Shown here piece after piece: positions 24,593 through 37,924 of a DNA stretch of 64,000 nt. A program made the position numbers and the translations under genes. The stretch comes from Octopus bimaculoides (lineage: Eukaryota): assembly GCF_001194135.2 (NCBI RefSeq), contig NC_069004.1:8455942-8519941 (forward strand), read 5' to 3'. Position 1 is the stretch's first letter. The number at the start of each line of letters is the position of its first letter. Below the pieces are notes generated by a model. It searched no databases. It saw only the letters and a list, made by a program, of their open reading frames with translations, and was not told where the DNA came from.

Positions 24593-27500
24593 TCATTCAT
24601 TATAGATATCATTGTGATGTAGTTTTTTGTCAAAACAAATACATTTGTGTTTGGTTAAAGCAGAATTTTGAGAAAATGATTTACCGCAGTTATCACAGTG
24701 ATATGGTTTTTCTCCTGTATGAATGTATTTGTGACTAGTTAAAGTGCCACTTACAGAGAATGATCTGCCACATATATTACACCGATATGGCTTTTCTCCC
24801 GTATGAATGCGTTTGTGCTTAGTTACATCACTATTTTGGTAGAAAGATTTACCACAAATATCACACTTATAGGGTCTATCTCCTGTATGAATACGTCTAT
24901 GATTTATCAAATGAGCTGTTTGAGAGAATGATTTATCACACATCTCACAGTGATATGGTTTCTCGCCTGTATGAGTACGACTATGAACAGTTAAATGACC
25001 TGCCTGAGAGAAAGATTTACCACAGATATCACAGCGATATGCTTTCTCTCTTGTATGAGATTTGTTGTGTCTCGTTAACTGACCTGTTTGAAGGAATGAT
25101 TTACCACAGATATTACAGTTATATGGTTTATCCCCTGTATGAATACGTTTGTGAACAGTTAATACGTATCTATAAGTGAATGATTTATCACAGATATCAC
25201 AACGAAATACATTTTCCGTTGCATGAATGTATCTCTTGTGTGTTGTTAAGAGACTTGCTTTTGTGAAAGACTTACCACATATGCCACAGTCATATGACTT
25301 TCCTTCTGAATGAATATATTTATGAACAGTCAATGCACTTGCATAAGCAAACGATCTACCACAGGTGTCACAGTGATATGGTTTTTCCCCTGTATGAATA
25401 CGTTTGTGACAAGTTAATGCACTTCTATAAGCAAATAATTTACCACAGATATCACAGTGATACGGTTTCTCCCCAGTATGACTACGTCTGTGAAGATTTA
25501 GTGAACTTCGGTGAACGAATGATTTACCACAGATATCACAATGATATGGTTTCTCCTTTGTATGAATGCATCTTCTGTGTAACGTTAACTGACTTGCTCC
25601 AATGAATGATTTACCACAAATGTCACAGTGATATGGCTTTTCCCCTGAATGAATACGTTTGTGAACAGTTAATGCACTTGAAGTAGTAAATGATTTTCCA
25701 CAGATATCACAATGATGTATATTTTCCCCTGTATGAATACGTTTGTGAACAGTTAATGTACATTCATGACTAAATGATTTACCACAAATGTCACAGTGAT
25801 ATGGCTTCTCCCCTGAATGAATACGTTTGTGAACATTTAATGCACTTGAAGTAGTACATGATTTTCCACAGATATCACAATGATGTAATTTTTCCCCTGT
25901 ATGAATACGTTTGTGAACAGTTAATGTATATTCATGACTAAATGATTTACCACAAATGTCACAGTGATATGGCTTCTCCCCTGAATGAATACGTTTGTGA
26001 ACATTTAATGCACTTGAAGTAGTAAATGATTTTCCACAGATATCACAATGATGTATATTTTCCCCTGTATGAATACGTTTGTGAAGAGTTAATGTACATC
26101 TATGACTAAATGATTTACCACAGATATCACACTGAAAAGGTTTCTCCCCAGTATGAGTTTGTTCGTGGATAGTTAATGTGCTCCCAGAAATGAATGATTT
26201 ATCACAGATATTAAAGTGATATGGTTTTTCTTGAGAATGAGTGTGTTTCTTGTGCAACATTAATTCACTTGTTCCAGGGAATGATTTATCACAGATAGCA
26301 CAGTGAAATAGTTCGTCACTTGAATAAATACACTTGTGAACAGCTAATTCACTTCCATCAGAGAAAGATTTACTGCAGATATTGCAGGTATACGATTTCT
26401 CTCCTGTATGCAATTGTTTCTTGTGTAATGTTAACTGGATTGTTTGAGTAAATGTTTCTCCACAGGTATTGCAGTGATAAGGCTTTTCCCCTGTATGAAT
26501 ACGTTTGTGAACAGTTAATCCACTTCCATCAGAGAAAGATTTACCACAGGTATTGCAGGTATATGGTTTCTCTCCTGTATGCAAGCCTCTCTTGTGTGTT
26601 GTTAACTGACTTGTTTGAGTAAATGTTTTTCCACAGATATTACAGTGATAAGGCTTTTCCCCTGTATGAATACGTTTGTGAACAGTTAATTTACCTCTAC
26701 AACTGAATGACTTACCACAGCTATCGCAGTGATATAATTTCTCTCCTGTGTGAATATGTTTGTGTTTAGTCAAAGTATTACCATCAACAAATACTTTACC
26801 ACATACATCACAGTGATACGGTTTTTCCCCTGTATGAAAACGTTTGTGAACAGTTAATTTTCTTTTATAAGTGAATGACTTACCACAAATATCACAGTGA
26901 TATGGTTCGTCCCCTGTATGAATACGTTTATGAATAGTTACTGTGCTACCATTACTGAAAGATTTACCACAGATATTGCACTGATATGGCTTCTCTCCAG
27001 TATGAATACGTTTGTGTGAATTTAAATGAACTTTTTGAAAGAATGACTTACCACATATATCACAGTGGTATGACTTCTCTCCCGTATGAATTATTTTGTG
27101 TTTAGTCAAATTACCTCTGTCAGAGAATGATTCACCACAAATATTACACTGATATGGCTTCTCTCCTGTATGAATACGTATGTGGCGAGTTAGGCCATTA
27201 GTGTGAGAGAATGATTTACCACAGATGTCACAGTGATATGGCCTTTCACCTGTATGAGTACGTTTGTGACCAACTAAGTGACCTCTTAGAGAAAATGATT
27301 TACCGCAGATATCACAGCTGTGAGGTCTCTCTCCAGTATGGAGATGTTTGTGAGTAATTAATGTACGTGATCGAGTGAATGATTTACCGCAGATATCACA
27401 GTTGTGTGGCTTCTCTCCTGTATGGAGATATCTATGTTCAGTTAAGTTAAGTTTTAGAGTGAATGATTTACCACAGATATCACAATGATGTCGTTTCTTT

Positions 27501-27628
27501 GCTTTCTCTTTTTTGTCAATACATTTATGAGTAGCAAGCTTACTTTTCAGAGAGAATGACTTTTTACAGATATCACAGTGGTATGATGATTCTCCAGTTG
27601 CTTTTGGCAATTCTTCAGGGAAATCCAT
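24593..27628 (-). CDS. ZNF-D: 1011-aa poly-C2H2 protein, about 35 fingers
   Basis: Uninterrupted ORF with internal tandem duplications. A few fingers have lost ligands (YHFNIC, HKCIY). Confidence 0.95.
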   Translation of the reverse strand: MDFPEELPKATGESSYHCDICKKSFSLKSKLATHKCIDKKEKAKKRHHCDICGKSFTLKLNLTEHRYLHTGEKPHNCDICGKSFTRSRTLITHKHLHTGERPHSCDICGKSFSLRGHLVGHKRTHTGERPYHCDICGKSFSHTNGLTRHIRIHTGEKPYQCNICGESFSDRGNLTKHKIIHTGEKSYHCDICGKSFFQKVHLNSHKRIHTGEKPYQCNICGKSFSNGSTVTIHKRIHTGDEPYHCDICGKSFTYKRKLTVHKRFHTGEKPYHCDVCGKVFVDGNTLTKHKHIHTGEKLYHCDSCGKSFSCRGKLTVHKRIHTGEKPYHCNICGKTFTQTSQLTTHKRGLHTGEKPYTCNTCGKSFSDGSGLTVHKRIHTGEKPYHCNTCGETFTQTIQLTLHKKQLHTGEKSYTCNICSKSFSDGSELAVHKCIYSSDELFHCAICDKSFPGTSELMLHKKHTHSQEKPYHFNICDKSFISGSTLTIHEQTHTGEKPFQCDICGKSFSHRCTLTLHKRIHTGENIHHCDICGKSFTTSSALNVHKRIHSGEKPYHCDICGKSFSHEYTLTVHKRIHTGEKLHHCDICGKSCTTSSALNVHKRIHSGEKPYHCDICGKSFSHECTLTVHKRIHTGENIHHCDICGKSFTTSSALTVHKRIHSGEKPYHCDICGKSFIGASQLTLHRRCIHTKEKPYHCDICGKSFVHRSSLNLHRRSHTGEKPYHCDICGKLFAYRSALTCHKRIHTGEKPYHCDTCGRSFAYASALTVHKYIHSEGKSYDCGICGKSFTKASLLTTHKRYIHATENVFRCDICDKSFTYRYVLTVHKRIHTGDKPYNCNICGKSFLQTGQLTRHNKSHTREKAYRCDICGKSFSQAGHLTVHSRTHTGEKPYHCEMCDKSFSQTAHLINHRRIHTGDRPYKCDICGKSFYQNSDVTKHKRIHTGEKPYRCNICGRSFSVSGTLTSHKYIHTGEKPYHCDNCGKSFSQNSALTKHKCICFDKKLHHNDIYNE

Positions 27629-28436
27629 TCTACTATATCTTCTTTTCTCAGGACTAGATATGGATATTTTTCATTTGTTAATCAAAACTTTATTACTGCA
27701 ATGTTCTTTGATAATTCTTGCAAATTTAAATGGAACCCATAATCAGCTTGTATATATTCGAAGGCAATGAAGGAAAAGAATGTCACTCTCACAAGAAATA
27801 TTTCTCAGTTTTTCGGCATGACATTTTACTAAAATCTTTAAAAGGTTATAAATATTGACAATCTATCTTCAATGCTGATGCTGTCTGGTATTCTGAAATG
27901 ATAGAGAAATAGTTTAAGATATTGAAGATAATTTTTTTAAAAAATAAGAGATTTAACAGTGAAAATTTTTGTACAATTCTATATTGATAAATTATAATCT
28001 TTTACCACCACAACTGAACTTTACTTTTTGCATATCTACATTTTTAGATTGTGTAACACTACACATATTACAATAAACAATAGTGATTATACATTACATC
28101 TGGACTAATGCCTTCCAGTGGAGGCTCGCGTATAGGGACTGTGGAACTGGAGCACCCCTTATTCCCACTCAATATTATCAATAACATTCAATATAACGAG
28201 TCCTTTTTTCTTTATACTTGTACATCATATAATCCTTAAGCTTAATGTCAGTAGCCATGCACTTCAAAATGATGAAGGTGCGAAGCCTTTGAAAAAAAAA
28301 ATTTTAATCCAAACGTCATTTCCATTTCTCTCTACCTTCGTATTTTCACGATAACCATCGCCATTAATTCCNNNNNNNNNNNNNNNNNNNNNNNNNNNNN
28401 NNNNNNNNNNNNNNNNNNNNNNNNNNCTTAATTTCC

Positions 28437-28655
28437 AAAGGCAGTGAGCTGGCAGACTCGTTAGCGGGCTAGGTAACATATTTAGTGGTATTTCGCCGTC
28501 TTTATGATTTGAGTTCAAATTCTGCTGAGCTGGACATTGTCTTTTGTCCTATCGGGGTCGATAAATTAAGTATCAGTCAAAAACTGGGGATCGATGTGAT
28601 TAATTTACCCCTTCCCCACAAATTTCACAAAATCCTTTTGCCTATAGTAAAAAGG
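28437..28655 (+). mobile_element. SINE-gamma in ZNF-D intron 1
   Basis: AGGCAGTGAGCTGGCAGACTCGTTAGC...GAGTTCAAATTC...GGGGTCGATAAATTAAGTA. Confidence 0.75.
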
Positions 28656-29014
28656 ATTATATTCCATTCTCTAAAACACATTCAAATTTTTAGAAGAAAA
28701 AAATGAAATCCATGCATTTTAAACGTTTATTCCCTCCCCCGAATCACCACTAAAATTATTCCCCTGTCCCGTTAGTGTCAGCCATATTATATTCCACATT
28801 CTGAAACATTTGGATTTCACATTTAAAATTAGACAAACAAAAAAATCTAAACAAATTCTCTGCATCACACCTTTCACAACAGCACAAGTTAATGTTTGAA
28901 AACCGAAATTAGAATTTTGAAAGTTTTTTGAAAAAAAGCATCTATAAAACGATGGCTTCAAGTTCAAATTGTAGGTAAGAATATTTCCAATTGAAAAAGA
29001 GTATAATGGCTTTA

Positions 29015-29165
29015 AATTTTGGCACAGAGCCAGCAGTTTATGAAAGGAGAAGGAAGTCAGTTATATCGATCTCAGTAGTTGGCTGATGCGCCGAAAATAT
29101 GAAAGGTCATGTCGACCCGGGCTGAATTTGAGCTCAAAACAAAGGCCGTCGAAATGCCGATCCTT
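29015..29165 (-). mobile_element. SINE-gamma, diverged fragment
   Basis: GAAAGGTCATGTCGACCCGGGCTGAATTTGAGCTCAAAAC resembles the 22517 copy. Confidence 0.55.
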
Positions 29166-30889
29166 CGTTTTCAATAGGCAGAACATCAAATGTTCGTTAG
29201 TTTCTATGAGCACATATTGGCTTGATAACTGCGTTCTTGTTCTGTTTGACGTGTCGAAGAAGAAGCTCATGGGTGTACGTCTCTGTGTGTGTGTGTGTTC
29301 GCGCGCTCGTTTTCTTCTTGGAAATTTACGGATTTTACATACTCACAGGATGCAGGTAAGAAGAAATATGCAAGGCATTTTTCTTTAAAGTTTAAAATGC
29401 GACATTGTTTTTTGTTATATCTACATTCCACACACATAAATACAGGATAAACATGCACGCACGCACACACACACACACACACAGAAGTACACCAACGAGC
29501 ATCCTCTTCCATTTCGACATGTCAAACAGAATAAGCAGGTGACAAGGCAACACGTGCTCACGGAAACTAATGAATATTTGTTTATGTTCCGCTTACGCGA
29601 AACGAAGAATGGCCAAGCAGGCATTTTTACGTGGCACTGTCATCGTATTAGCTGTCAGAAGTGAAAGTAGAAAAATCAGACAAGGAACGTTATTGCTGGT
29701 TTGAGTTGATTCTTTGGCTACTGACTGGCTAATATTTATTTTATTTCGTTTGTAATCTTGGTTTCTTAGCTGATATCGTATTGATGTTTTCAAAAATATT
29801 TGTACAGTTATCCTGTACATAAAACTCGGAACATGAACATTGTTATTTTTTNNNNNNNNNNNNNNNNNNNNNNNNNNNNNNNNNNNNNNNNNNNNNNNNN
29901 NNNNNNNNNNNNNNNNNNNNNNNNNNNNNNNNNNNNNNNNNNNNNNNNNNNNNNNNNNNNNNNNNNNNNNNNNNNNNNNNNNNNNNNNNNNNNNNNNNNN
30001 NNNNNNNNNNNNNNNNNNNNNNNNNNNNNNNNNNNNNNNNNNNNNNNNNNNNNNNNNNNNNNNNNNNNNNNNNNNNNNNNNNNNNNNNNNNNNNNNNNNN
30101 NNNNNNNNNNNNNNNNNNNNNNNNNNNNNNNNNNNNNNNNNNNNNNNNNNNNNNNNNNNNNNNNNNNNNNNNNNNNNNNNNNNNNNNNNNNNNNNNNNNN
30201 NNNNNNNNNNNNNNNNNNNNNNNNNNNNNNNNNNNNNNNNNNNNNNNNNNNNNNNNNNNNNNNNNNNNNNNCGAAATTTTGAAAATCTTTTTCCAGAATC
30301 GGATTCTCCATGGTCTGAAACATAGGATTCCGTAAAAAAAAACAAAATTTAAAAGTGGGGGTATACCCAGATTACATATACTCCATCTCCACCATTATTT
30401 TTAAACGAAATAAATAAAACACAAAGTAAATCATCTTTTTTTTTTGTTGAATCTTCCCCATCTAATTATTAAAACGTCGTTTTAACCTATCTTTATCCTC
30501 TCTATCCCATCCTCCGTTGTATTTGCGCTTGCACATCATAGATTCATCTATTTCTACGACGTGCCCAAGTCCACCAATTTGGTAGGGGTTACGCAAAAAG
30601 ATAACTGTTTTGTGCATGACGCGCCCAGTAGACGCAGGATCGACAAACCACGACTAGCTAGCGCGGATGCGCGCACCGGGACCACTCTTCTTGAATAGTA
30701 CCCAATTACTATATTCTTGTAAAAAATACCTTTTGCCAATGTCGCTATGAGTTTTTACATTTCTATAATTACTGCCTACTGTATCTGAAAGAAATATATT
30801 ATCCCCACTTCGATATAATTACCTTATCCTCCAAGTGTAGCGCTATTCTTTTACAGACATTATTACTGCATTCAAGCAAGGGCAGAATT

Positions 30890-31260
30890 CCACCGAAACA
30901 AACGTTAATCAACTTACCGTTTTCACATGCAGACAGTAAATTAGTGTGTTATACGTTTTTACCGAAGTAAATATCTGTTAGAATGAGGTTTACCAATGTT
31001 TTACGAATTTTACACAACACCAACATTCAAAGAGCACCACTTTTCTTCGTCAATAATATCCTAATGTAATACAATGAACAAGTGAAGCTGACTTTATACC
31101 TTTAACCGCAGTTTCGATGTGAAACGTTACAACTTCAGTGGTTGCGTCCCCTTGCAGATACATAAAGTCACAAGAGGGCGCTGGGTGTTGCAAGTGGTGA
31201 AGCGATTTTTCATAAAGTATTTATATCAGATACAATGTGTAGCCTTTAAAAACATGTTCT
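30890..31260 (-). promoter_or_regulatory. Promoter/exon 1 module of ZNF-D (donor 30917; acceptor 27893)
   Basis: CAATGAACAAGTGAAGCTGACTTTA...CCGCAGTTTCGATGT core and ACTTAC (reverse GTAAGT) donor. Confidence 0.75.
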
Positions 31261-31289
31261 TTGGTTACATGTATAGGAAATTATGGTAT

Positions 31290-31560
31290 CAGCATCATCA
31301 TCGATTAACGTCCGCTTTCCATGCTGGCATGGGTTGGACGGTTTAACTGAGCTCTGGAGAGCCAGCAGCTGCACCAGGCTCCAATCTGATCTGGCAATGT
31401 TTCTACAGCTGGATGCCCTTCCTAATGCCAACCACTCCGAGATTGTAGTGCGTGCTTTTTTCGTGTCACTGGCACAGGAGCCAGTCAGCAGGGCCTGGCA
31501 ACGATCACATTTGGATGGTGCTTTTTACATGCCACTGGCACAGGAGCCAGTCAGGCTTTT
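31290..31560 (-). mobile_element. Interspersed repeat with a (CAT)n/(ATG)n end; probable LINE 3' end or LINE-related SINE
   Basis: TTCCATGCTGGCATGGGTTGGA...CAGCTGGATGCCCTTCCTAATGCCAA also occurs at 47540-47665 and, reversed and diverged, at about 59060-59215. Confidence 0.55.
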
Positions 31561-33103
31561 TGTTTTTTATGATAGTCTTATTTTCATAAAATGTGCTCAG
31601 CAGTCCATGCCATGTAAGTGCAGATCCCAGTGCTTTATGGGTTAAGTCATTTGATGAAGTCTTGGTGATTTCATTTCATCATTCAGTGACAGTTGAATCT
31701 ATTTTTAGCTTTTAATGTCACTATGTGACAAAACTTTGATCCACAGTAATGTTCTAATACTGGGATATTTAACAAGGCTATAGACAAACTATTACCCCTG
31801 GTGAGGCTTGATTAACCTAAGAAATGTTTGTATTAACAAAGTGAATACAAATATTTCAATTTCTTGAGGCAGATGTGTTTAAATAACAGGTGAATGAAGC
31901 TGTACACTTTTCAGGTTAAAACCTGTCAACAAATATAATTATCCTAAATTGCATTATTCTCATAAATTAAATTCAACTTGAAGCATAATATGCTTTAATA
32001 AAATAAAACATAAATTTTTACTAATTTTGATTTGAATTTTTCTCAATTTTGGTCTAAATTTAACTTTGAAAACAGCTGAAATGCTTTTGATCATATTTTG
32101 TTCTTACTCAGAGCTGACCTAGGGCTAAATCTGTTAGCTCTATTAATGTTGAATTAAGCATATTTTTAGTGGGAGTTCAAAAAACCCAGAATGAATTAGA
32201 TTGCAGAGTATGAAATAATCTAAATAATTTATGTAAAACTTCATCAAATGCAAACAAACACAATTCATTTTTCATAGCCCTGAATCGATCAATAACCAAT
32301 ATGGAGATTTTCACAGAAAATGTGAAAGCAATTGTTATAGATAAAGAGAAGTATAACAGGTTAAAGGAAATATTTAGAAGGGATATTGATCCACCGGGAG
32401 TTGTGGTAGAGTTTGATGAACTGCCGCCAGTGATGGAATATAGAGAATTAGAACCATACATGAATTATTAAAAAAAGAGTAAGTAAAACTGCTTAAAAAA
32501 AAACGATGCTAATGGTAAAAAAAACAAACAAGAGGAATAAAAGAAAAGATTATAAACCGTCAGTAAAAGCATTCAAATGGTACTGCATGAGAGTGGGGCT
32601 CAAGCAGCCATTTCATCTTCATTTATTATATTAACATTTTTCTCACTTTCATTAGTTTTTGTGTTTTTGTCCCCATTGTGGTGTTCTGTCTGTCCCCCAC
32701 CCCTCTGTGTAAATGCCTGAGTGCTTAAATAAAGAAATTAGTTGACAGAGTTGATCATCCACATTGGTTACTGTGTTAGTTTAATATCGTAACTATGTTT
32801 GGATTAATATGGAGTGCATTCTGTGTGAGCATATTAATTCTGCAAATATCCATTTGGGTAATACTACACTTATGCCCAATGTGCACAACTTAAGGTCATA
32901 ACAGTTTTTGATAGCTGGCTGCTCTACCAATTATGTACTGGATGTATTTTATTGTGGAATTAGCAAAAGAGAGTCTGTTATGTTGCTGGCAACATTAGCG
33001 TGCTGATGTTTCTGTTCATATACCACTCACTTCAAACAGTTCATGTTTCTTAGCAGGAAAGTCCTTCGTTACAAAGAAAGATTTTTCACAGATATCAGTG
33101 ATA

Positions 33104-35674
33104 TTATTTTCCTTTGGAATGAATCTTTTTGTGTCTTGTCAAATCACTATTTTGAGAAAACGATTTACCACATATTTCACAGCGATGTGGTTTTCTTCCC
33201 GTATGAATGTATTTGTGAGTAGTTAAATTACTACTTCCAGAGAATGATTTACCACATATATTACACTGATATGGTTTTTCTCCTGTATGCATGCGTTTGT
33301 GCTTAGTTACATCACTATTTTGGAAAAATGATTTACCACAAATATCACATTCATATGGTTTATCTCCTGTATGAATACGTCTGTGACTGGTTAAATGAGC
33401 TGTTTGAGAGAATGTTTTACCACAAATGTCACACTCATACGGTTTGTCGCCTGTATGAATACGTTTATGACTAGTTAAATGACCTGTCTGAGAGAATGAT
33501 TTTCCACAGATATCACAATGATATGGTTTCTCTCCAGTATGAGTGTATTTGTGCTTTGTTAAATGACATCTTTCAGAGAACGATTCACCACAGATATTAC
33601 AGTGATATGGCTTCTCACCTGTATGAATTCGCATGTGCCTAGTTAGGCCATACCTTTGAGAGAAGGATTTACCACAGACACTACAATGATATGGCCTTTC
33701 TCCTGTGTGAATACGCTTGTGAGCAGTTAATGCTCTTCCAGCAGTGAATGATTTACCACAGGTTGTACAGTGATATGGTTTCTCCCCCCTATGGGAATGT
33801 TTGTGAGTATTTAAAGAACGTGCTCGAGAGAATGACTTACCACAGATATCACAGTGATATGATTTCTCTCCTGTATGAATGCGTTTCTTGTGTATTGTCA
33901 AGTAACTACTTTGCGAGAATGATTTACCACAAGTATCACAGTGATATGGTTTTTCCCCTGTATGAATACGTTTGTGAACTGTTAATGTACCTCTATAACT
34001 GAATGATTTACCACAAGTATCACAGTGATACGGCTTCTCTCCTGTATGAACACGTTTGTGAACAGTCACTGCACTTCCATCAGCAAAAGACTTGCCGCAA
34101 ATGTCGCAATGATATGGTTTCTCTCCTGTGTGTATGTGTTTGTGCTTAGTTAATGCACTTCCATCAGTAAATGATTTACCACAGATATCACAATGATATG
34201 GTTTCTCTCCTGTATGTATATATCTATGTTCATTTAACTTACTTCTTGCAGAGAATGACTTACCACAGATATCACAGTGATATGGCTTTTCCCCTGTATG
34301 AATACGTTTGTGAAGAGTTAATGTACCTCCGTAAGTGAATGATTTACCACAGACATCACAATGATATGGCTTCTCTCCTGAATGTATGTGTTTGTGCCTA
34401 GTTAACACACCTCCATCAGTGAAGGACTTACCACAGATATCACAATGATATGGTTTTTCACCTGTATGAATACGTCTGTGACTGGTTAAGCGTATTTTTC
34501 CAGAGCATGATTTTCCACAGATATCACACTGATACGAATTTTCTCCAGTATGAATGCGTTTGTGATTGATTAGGGTACGAATTACAGAGAATGATTTTGC
34601 ACATATGTCACAGTGATATGGCTTCACACCTGAATGAATACGTCTGTGGTGCATAATCAAGTAGGTTCTTTGAGAGAATGATTTACCACAGATATCACAG
34701 TGGTAAGTTTTGCCTCCTGTATGAATACGTTTGTGAACAGTTAATGTACTTCCATCAGTGAACGACTTACCACATACATCACATTGATATGGCTTCTCTC
34801 CTGTATGAATACGTATATGAGCAGTTAGGGCACTTCCCTTAGTGAACGATTTACCACAGATACCACAGTGATATGGTTTCTCTTTTGCATGAACACCTCT
34901 TTTGTGTACATTCAAGTGACTTGTTCTAGAGAAAGATTTACCACAAATATCGCAGTGATACGGTTTTTCCCCAGTATGAACACGCTTATGAACAGTTAAC
35001 GAGCACCCATACGTGAATGATTTACCACAGACATCACATTGATATGGTTTCTCTCCTGAGTGAATGAGTTTGTGTTTGTTTAAGGTATTTCCATCAGCAT
35101 ATGATTTGCCACAGACATCACAGTGATATGGTTTCTCCCCAGTATGAATACGTTTGTGAGAAGTGAAATGAACTTTTTGAAAGAACGATTTCCCACAGAT
35201 ATCACAGTGATACGACTTCTCTCCTGTATGAATGTATTTGTGTTTCGTTAAATTACCCCTTTCAGAGAATGACTCACCACAAATATTACACTGATATGGT
35301 TTCTCTCCTGTGTGAATACGTATGTGACTAGTTAGGCCATCACTTCGAGAGAATGATTTGCCACAGATATCACAATGATATGGTTTTTCCCCAGTATGAA
35401 TGCGCCTGTGACCAGCTAAGTGACCTCTTACAGAGAATGATTTTCCACAGATATCACATTCATATGGTTTTTCTCCAGTGTGAATGCGTTTGTGAATAGT
35501 CAAGGTATGTATTCGTGAGAACGATTTACCACAGGTCTCACAGTTATGTGGTTTCTCCCCTGTGTGAACACGTTTATGTTTAGTAAGGCTACTTTTTAGA
35601 GAGAATGTTTTTTGACAGATATTACAGGGATATAATGATTTTACTGCTTCCTTTGGCAATTCTTCAGAATTCAT
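33104..35674 (-). CDS. ZNF-E: poly-C2H2 protein, 30 fingers; start taken at MNSEELPKE
   Basis: The ORF track starts at 35722, but the ATG homologous to the other paralogs is at 35674. The protein ends [18 protein letters not shown]. Confidence 0.95.
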   Translation of the reverse strand: MNSEELPKEAVKSLYPCNICQKTFSLKSSLTKHKRVHTGEKPHNCETCGKSFSRIHTLTIHKRIHTGEKPYECDICGKSFSVRGHLAGHRRIHTGEKPYHCDICGKSFSRSDGLTSHIRIHTGEKPYQCNICGESFSERGNLTKHKYIHTGEKSYHCDICGKSFFQKVHFTSHKRIHTGEKPYHCDVCGKSYADGNTLNKHKLIHSGEKPYQCDVCGKSFTYGCSLTVHKRVHTGEKPYHCDICGKSFSRTSHLNVHKRGVHAKEKPYHCGICGKSFTKGSALTAHIRIHTGEKPYQCDVCGKSFTDGSTLTVHKRIHTGGKTYHCDICGKSFSQRTYLIMHHRRIHSGVKPYHCDICAKSFSVIRTLINHKRIHTGENSYQCDICGKSCSGKIRLTSHRRIHTGEKPYHCDICGKSFTDGGVLTRHKHIHSGEKPYHCDVCGKSFTYGGTLTLHKRIHTGEKPYHCDICGKSFSARSKLNEHRYIHTGEKPYHCDICGKSFTDGSALTKHKHIHTGEKPYHCDICGKSFADGSAVTVHKRVHTGEKPYHCDTCGKSFSYRGTLTVHKRIHTGEKPYHCDTCGKSFSQSSYLTIHKKRIHTGEKSYHCDICGKSFSRARSLNTHKHSHRGEKPYHCTTCGKSFTAGRALTAHKRIHTGERPYHCSVCGKSFSQRYGLTRHMRIHTGEKPYHCNICGESFSERCHLTKHKYTHTGEKPYHCDICGKSFSQTGHLTSHKRIHTGDKPYECDICGKTFSQTAHLTSHRRIHTGDKPYECDICGKSFFQNSDVTKHKRMHTGEKPYQCNICGKSFSGSSNLTTHKYIHTGRKPHRCEICGKSFSQNSDLTRHKKIHSKGK

Positions 35675-35726
35675 TTTTCTGAATTTTTTTTTTTTTCTCA
35701 CACAACAAATATGGTATTTCATCTGT

Positions 35727-35878
35727 CTTTACATTCTGAGTTCAAATTCCACCAAGATCAACTTTGCCTTTTATCCTTTCAGGGTCAATAAATTAAGTAC
35801 CAGTTGTGTACTGGGGTCGATCTAATTGACTGGACTCTCCCCAAAAATTTCGGGCCTTGTGCCTAGAGTAGAAAAGAA
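35727..35878 (+). mobile_element. SINE-gamma fragment inside the predicted 5'UTR of ZNF-E
   Basis: TTCTGAGTTCAAATTCCACC...GGGTCAATAAATTAAGTACCAG...GTGCCTAGAGTAGAAAAGAA lies between the acceptor (36119) and the ATG (35674). Confidence 0.8.
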
Positions 35879-37143
35879 TATTTCCAGAGTAGCAAACTCA
35901 TTAGTAAATCTGTCCAAATTTAATTGGAATGCAAAACCATCTCATAAACTTTTTAGAGAATAAAGAGAAATGTCTCGCTCAGAAGAACCAACTCTCAGTA
36001 ACTCAAAGATAAATTCATAGAAACTGTGTGTTGAAACTCTTCTGTATAACATCTTCCTTTTGTTGTAATGACGATATATATTGATGATGTATCTTTCATG
36101 GCAATGTCATCTGGTATTCTGAAACGACAGAGAAATAGTTTAAGATACTGAAGATGATTAAAAAGAAGAGATTCTACAGAAAAATTTTCCTACAATTCTA
36201 TATTGATAAACTATAAACTTTTACCTCAACAACTGAACTTTACATTTTAATTTGTTATTCAAGTTACACCATACAAAGTTGTGTGACGTTTACATATTTA
36301 CAAACTATAAATACACCTTCAGATTGTGTAACATTACATATATTACAATAAACACTAGCAATTATGCACTAATCAGGACATCTTCATATTCAGTAATGTT
36401 CTCAGAGTTTGAAACGGAACCCTTTATCAAATCTACAGGAGTGTATTGATCTCATTTCATTGTCCATACCAGAAATATTCTCCTTACTAATTATTATTCT
36501 ACTTGTGATGCCATTACTTTGTTACACTTCTACCAAATTATATGTATCTAGACATACTGAGGGATTGAACTGACCACAACAGCATAAACTATTACACTTA
36601 ACAATTGACATTCAATCTATGCTTATATTCACTATACCAAAATTTACAGTATAGGCGACACTAACATTTTCTCTTTCTAGAAACATCTCTTGTCATTGTT
36701 ACATAATCCCTGATCAATCTTACTAAGCACACCAGTGACCAATACATTCCAGCCATGAAACTGTCATTCTTCCCTGTGACATTAGAATGGAAAAAAAATG
36801 TCCTGTCTTATTTCTAACATGGTCACATGGAGGACACTTTTTTAATACCCAATACATTTTTTCATTCTAATGGTGTTGTTTTTTTCTTTGCGGATTATTA
36901 CTCTATTACTCTATATTTCTTTTGTTTCTTGGCTCCGGTGAGGCGTCTCAGAACATTCACGATGTGAACGTTCCGAGCCCCCTCCTCACCCACCCACCCA
37001 TTCGCGAACGCGCATTTTTTTCTTCATATTCGTTCCCAGCAAGTTGTTTTACACCTATTAGAATAATTTTTTTTTAAATTTTGTTACCGGGTCAAACGCT
37101 TTAGTTGGACCAAAGAAACAATATGGATGATTGAAGGGCGGTG

Positions 37144-37223
37144 GTAAAGAGTACGCCCACCACCCGTTTTCGGCGTAACCCTAACCCTAAACGCCGAAAA
37201 CGGATGGTGTGCGTATTCTTTAC
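37144..37223. repeat. 33-bp-stem hairpin with an (CCCTAA)2-type loop
   Basis: 37144-37176 pairs with 37191-37223 (3 mismatches); the loop is AACCCTAACCCTAA. Confidence 0.9.
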
Positions 37224-37284
37224 ATTTGCCGAATGAACGGATAAATGGAAGAAACATTATTTCGAAAAATTATTTCTTAAAAAA

Positions 37285-37470
37285 AAGGTAACCTAACCAA
37301 TAACCGTATACATTTTTGGGGAAAAAAATCCTGTCCCTAAAATGTCTATGGTAGATAATTCTCTACAGGAAATACATATTTAGTCACAGACAGGAGAGAA
37401 CTTGTATCAATGATGTATGCGGGGAAATCATTCCACTTGCTTTAACAGTTTTTCTTAACTTCATCGATCG
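37285..37470 (+). pseudogene. Degenerate ZF repeat antisense to ZNF-E, inside its intron 1
   Basis: AAAAAGGTAACCTAAC...CACAGACAGGAGAGAACTTGTATCAATGATGTATGCGGGGAAATCATTC resembles KGNL...[14 protein letters not shown]. Homologous to 55270-55400. Confidence 0.6.
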
Positions 37471-37924
37471 TTGAGAGTTTTAAGAAAATATATTTAATGC
37501 GGAATCTTTCTTTCAACGGCCTTGTATTCAAGACCATTCTTGAAACAAAACAGGCGACATTAATATACAAACAAAACATCTATTACACTATTTTTCTTTT
37601 GTTTCTTGGCTCCGGTGAGGCGTCTCGGAACATTCAGGATGTGAATCTTCCGAGGATTCTCCCCCCCCCTTCGCGAGCGCGCGTTTTTTTCTTCATATTC
37701 GTTCCCAGCAAGTTGTTTTACACCTATTAGAATAATTTATTATTTTTATTTCCCACCGGGTCAAACCCTTTAGTTTGACCCAAAACATGTAGCATATCGT
37801 AATATCCATTCACCTCCTTTCTTCTCTTCTAAGTTTTCACACTTACATATTTTTTTTTACATAATTACTACAGCATCCAAGTGAAACACAATTCTACTAT
37901 TTATATACATTATTACAACATTAA

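Larger units (their letters stand above)
36915..37785. repeat. About 200-bp direct repeat pair (36915-37112, 37592-37785) flanking a hairpin and a ZF remnant
   Basis: Both copies start TTTCTTTGTTTCTTGGCTCCGGTGAGGCGTCTC and end in a small GGGTCAAA...TT(T/G)GACC palindrome. Confidence 0.85.
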
